Below, one piece after another: positions 24,032-26,836 of a DNA stretch of 26,836 nucleotides. Below the pieces are notes generated by a model. It made no database searches. It was not told the DNA's origin and worked only from the letters and a program-made list of their open reading frames with translations. The stretch lies in the IMG/VR virus record IMGVR_UViG_3300012682_000014, positions 1 to 26,836 of that record; one strand, written 5' to 3'. Position 1 is the stretch's first letter. Every line of letters begins with the position of its first letter. The stretch is from a virus (taxonomy: Duplodnaviria; Caudoviricetes). The position numbers were made by a program, and so were the translations under genes.

Positions 24032-25224
24032 GCCATGCCTCCTTCTGGTGCCGGCTTCGCCGGGGACCGGTCGCCGCCCGGGATGGGCGGCATGTCCTCA
24101 TCACGGCGGGCCTCGTTCGGCGTCTTGAAACCGCTGTCGATCCCGATCGCGTGCGCCTCGTACCGGTCCTTCGTGGACGAGCGCAGCAGAGCGTCGATGT
24201 TCAGCTTCATGAACACGTCAGGGAGGCCGTGGGTGGTGAGAAGCCGGTTGTGGGCGTCCTCGATCCGTTCAATCCACGGGCGCAGACTGAACTGGCCGAA
24301 CGCCACGTTCTGCTCCGCCAGCCCCGACCCCCACGACGTCGAGTTGGAGGCGTCAGCGATGAGATGCGGAGGAACACCGAAGATCCGGGCCACGTCAGGC
24401 ACCTGAAACTGGCGGGTCTCCAAGAACTGGGCATCGTTCGGCTGCACAGACACCTTGCTGAACTTGGCGCCCTCAGTCAGCACACCAAGCCGGTTAGCGT
24501 TCCCCGTGCCCTGATGGCCACCGTTCCACGTCGCCTGCCACCGTTTGACGGCCGCCTCAGACATGCCGTTAGGTGCTTCGAGGACAGCACCGGGGAGCGC
24601 CCCGTTCTCGAAAAAGGAACGGCCGTACTGCTGCGCCGCCAAACCCAACCCGATGGCGTCACGGGCGTACCCGATCGGTGAAATGCCCCGCACCGCGCCC
24701 GGCAGGGTCATCCCCTGGATGTGCATGACGTCCATGTCCGGGTCGAGGTCGTACTCCCGGCCCCCGTCTGTCACCGTGTACCGGCGGGCGTTTCCCCGCT
24801 TCGAGACGTTCACCGCCGCCGGGTCGAGTACGGCCAGGTCGGTGGGGTCGCCCAGGTCGTCACGGGTGGTAGCCACGAAGGCGTTGCCGTCGGTCAGGAG
24901 CGACAGCATCACCTGGCTGAGGTAGTTGATCCGGCTTCCCAGCGGCGGCTGAAACGACAGGTACTCAGGGCGGGGCCGGTAGACACGACGGGTGCCACCC
25001 TCACGGACGAACGTGTCGATCGGAAGGGTGGAAATAGCCTCCGACAGCAGCCGCAGACAGGCGAACACCGACGTCAAACGCATCGCCGAGTCCGTTGACA
25101 CGGCGCCCGGCCCGTTCGAGTGCCACACCATCCCCTGACCCCAGCTGCCAGACGACGGCGGTGGGACGCTGACCGGGGCGTAGGAGCGCTCCTCGAGGCC
25201 GAACATGCGGCCGAGGACAGTCAC
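24028..25224 (-). CDS. Portal protein (HK97 family)
   Basis: VFACLRLLSEAISTLP, GNAF, GISPI, DAQFLETR, ARIFGVPPHLI, TPNEAR. Confidence 0.95.
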   Translation of the reverse strand: MTVLGRMFGLEERSYAPVSVPPPSSGSWGQGMVWHSNGPGAVSTDSAMRLTSVFACLRLLSEAISTLPIDTFVREGGTRRVYRPRPEYLSFQPPLGSRINYLSQVMLSLLTDGNAFVATTRDDLGDPTDLAVLDPAAVNVSKRGNARRYTVTDGGREYDLDPDMDVMHIQGMTLPGAVRGISPIGYARDAIGLGLAAQQYGRSFFENGALPGAVLEAPNGMSEAAVKRWQATWNGGHQGTGNANRLGVLTEGAKFSKVSVQPNDAQFLETRQFQVPDVARIFGVPPHLIADASNSTSWGSGLAEQNVAFGQFSLRPWIERIEDAHNRLLTTHGLPDVFMKLNIDALLRSSTKDRYEAHAIGIDSGFKTPNEARRDEDMPPIPGGDRSPAKPAPEGGMA

Positions 25225-25382
25225 CCGGGCGGCCTACGACGGTCCTCGACGACAGCGACAGCCGCCGAGCAGACCATGAGAATGCAGCCGGCGACGAACA
25301 CGGCGACCGGCGGCCCCCACAGCATCCCTGTCCCGAAGGCGACCAGCAACGCTCCGGCCATAAGCAGAATCGGCGCCACCAT
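25221..25382 (-). CDS. Small membrane protein between TerL and portal (53 aa)
   Basis: Not in ORF track. MVAPILLMAGALLVAFGTGMLWGPPVAVFVAGCILMVCSAAVAVVEDRRRPPG; GAGGAG RBS; GTGA overlap with portal. Confidence 0.7.
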   Translation of the reverse strand: MVAPILLMAGALLVAFGTGMLWGPPVAVFVAGCILMVCSAAVAVVEDRRRPPG

Positions 25383-25392
25383 GCAGGTCTCC

Positions 25393-26835
25393 TCAGATCA
25401 GGAAGAAGTCAGACTCCTTCGCCTCCACCACCAAGCCGACGGCCCACGCCGCCAACGTGCACGCCACCAGCGGTGTGATGTCCACCGACGAACGTTGACG
25501 GGACCACAACCAGGCGTCACCCATCGGTCGTTTGCTGGCACCGGACAGCGCCAGCCGTACCGCCGTCTGCCCCAGATGGGCCAGGGTGCCCTGCATCACC
25601 GAGTCGTAGAACTGGCCGACAGCCTGCTTGTGCTCAGCGAAGGACACTTCACGGACGGTGGCGTCAGATCCGGCCGCCTCGAGCGCGGCCCGCAGGTCGG
25701 GGAGCAGCGAACCGGCCGGTCCCGTAGCGTCCACCACCACCGTCGACCCGGGCGTCTGCTCGAGGATCTCCACCAGGCGGCACACCAGCCACCCCGTGCC
25801 CGGGCGGTGATCAGACATGGCGTCCCGGCCGGTCACCTCCACATGGCGCAGCCCGGCGGCGTTCACCCCCGCAGCGGCGATGCTCGAGGACGACCGGTCA
25901 GGGGAAACATCGAACGCGAACACCGGGGCGGCCGGCGCCGAGGCCGCGTCCAGGCAGGCGTCCCACTTGTCGAGCGGGATCACCTTCTCGGCACCATCCG
26001 AAGGGTTCGGGAACACCCCGTACCGCTCCCGAGCGAAGTCCTCCGCCGGCATAGCAGACCGCTCAGACTCGACGAACTCGCCGCCGATGCGGATACCAAG
26101 CGACGGGTTCGCCGCCGGCAAAGCCTCCGGGTCCTCGCACAACGAGGCGACCAGCGCCTCCCACTCGGCCGAATCCAACGAGGGCGGCTCCGGTGAGGCG
26201 CACCACTCGAAGTACGCCAACCTGTCCGCCTTACCGGCCCGGCCACGGCGACACAACGCCCGCAACGTGTCCGACTCCGACCGGGGCAGCGGCGCCGACG
26301 ACGTGTACCACAACTGCGGGTTCGGTCGGGCCGCCATCGTCGGCAGCAGCGCCGCCATCGCCTGCCCCGACAAGTTGTAGGCCTCGTCCAAGATGATCCG
26401 GTCGGCCGAGAACCCACGCCCCGACCCCGTCGACCGGGCCACGAAACGGAGGCGCTGACCGCCCTTTAGCTCGATGCCCTCGTCGCCGTGCGACGTCCGC
26501 ACCCGGGCGACCCGCTTCTCCATGTCCGAGCACGACTGGATCAGGCGCATCACCCTGCGGAACGCGTCGGCCGCCGTCTTGAACTCGTGCGCCGAGTGAA
26601 GGATCAGCTCCTCGCCGAACAGGAACAGGCCTGCCAGCTCGACCGCCTCAAGTAGCGCACCCTTCCCGTTCTGCCTGGGAACGACCAGGCCGACCTCGAA
26701 CGCCGCCCAGGTCCCGTCCTTACGCTCCCCGAGAGCCCCGTCGAGCACCGCCGCCTGCCACTGGTCCAGGATCAGCCCCGCCGACGCCGCCAGTTCCACG
26801 ACCTCCTGCCCCGCGCTCGACACTGCCGGGGGAAC
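25393..26835 (-). CDS. terL: Terminase large subunit, probably 5'-truncated by window edge
   Basis: Walker A VPRQNGKG, Walker B IILDEA, ANPSLG, nuclease FAFDVSPDR and DITPLVA; frame open to the edge. Confidence 0.95.
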   Translation of the reverse strand, partial: VPPAVSSAGQEVVELAASAGLILDQWQAAVLDGALGERKDGTWAAFEVGLVVPRQNGKGALLEAVELAGLFLFGEELILHSAHEFKTAADAFRRVMRLIQSCSDMEKRVARVRTSHGDEGIELKGGQRLRFVARSTGSGRGFSADRIILDEAYNLSGQAMAALLPTMAARPNPQLWYTSSAPLPRSESDTLRALCRRGRAGKADRLAYFEWCASPEPPSLDSAEWEALVASLCEDPEALPAANPSLGIRIGGEFVESERSAMPAEDFARERYGVFPNPSDGAEKVIPLDKWDACLDAASAPAAPVFAFDVSPDRSSSSIAAAGVNAAGLRHVEVTGRDAMSDHRPGTGWLVCRLVEILEQTPGSTVVVDATGPAGSLLPDLRAALEAAGSDATVREVSFAEHKQAVGQFYDSVMQGTLAHLGQTAVRLALSGASKRPMGDAWLWSRQRSSVDITPLVACTLAAWAVGLVVEAKESDFFLI

Positions 26836-26836
26836 C

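Larger units (their letters stand above)
1..26836. mobile_element. Temperate siphovirus genome segment (probable actinophage), apparently in unintegrated configuration
   Basis: Colinear TerL-portal-protease-capsid-tail-TMP-lysis genes plus integrase/repressor/Cro switch; no host genes seen. Confidence 0.95.

Noticed and set aside
21836-24406. 856-aa plus-strand ORF, and similar ones such as 2963-4987, 20381-21355, 25120-26196 and 262-840
   Set aside because: Antisense or off-frame shadows of well-supported genes, expected in high-GC DNA; no recognisable motifs

Overview
The window is about 27 kb of a GC-rich temperate siphovirus, most likely infecting an actinobacterium (inferred from the Rpf gene, M15 endolysin and TerL/repressor style). 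On the minus strand, right to left: terminase large subunit (5'-truncated), portal, HK97 protease, capsid, an HNH insertion, head-tail genes interleaved with a methyltransferase and a CgeB-like glycosyltransferase, major tail, tail chaperone with a -1 frameshift, tape measure, Dit, minor tail proteins and a six-blade Kelch protein. A membrane-rich lysis cassette follows, with an M15 endolysin and a stand-alone secreted Rpf, then a second fibre/spike module ending in an Mtd_N-SGNH protein and a terminator. On the plus strand, an XRE repressor ending -VAA precedes an arm-less tyrosine integrase, an arrangement resembling integration-dependent immunity. Divergent from these is the early operon: Cro-like gene, HNH, four small membrane proteins, a triple-hairpin RNA element with C-rich/anti-SD loops, and a protein with at least 15 ice-nucleation-like octapeptide repeats that runs off the window edge. 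Late and early modules are contiguous across the integrase, so this looks like the unintegrated (attP) form. All calls come from manual reading; no searches were run.
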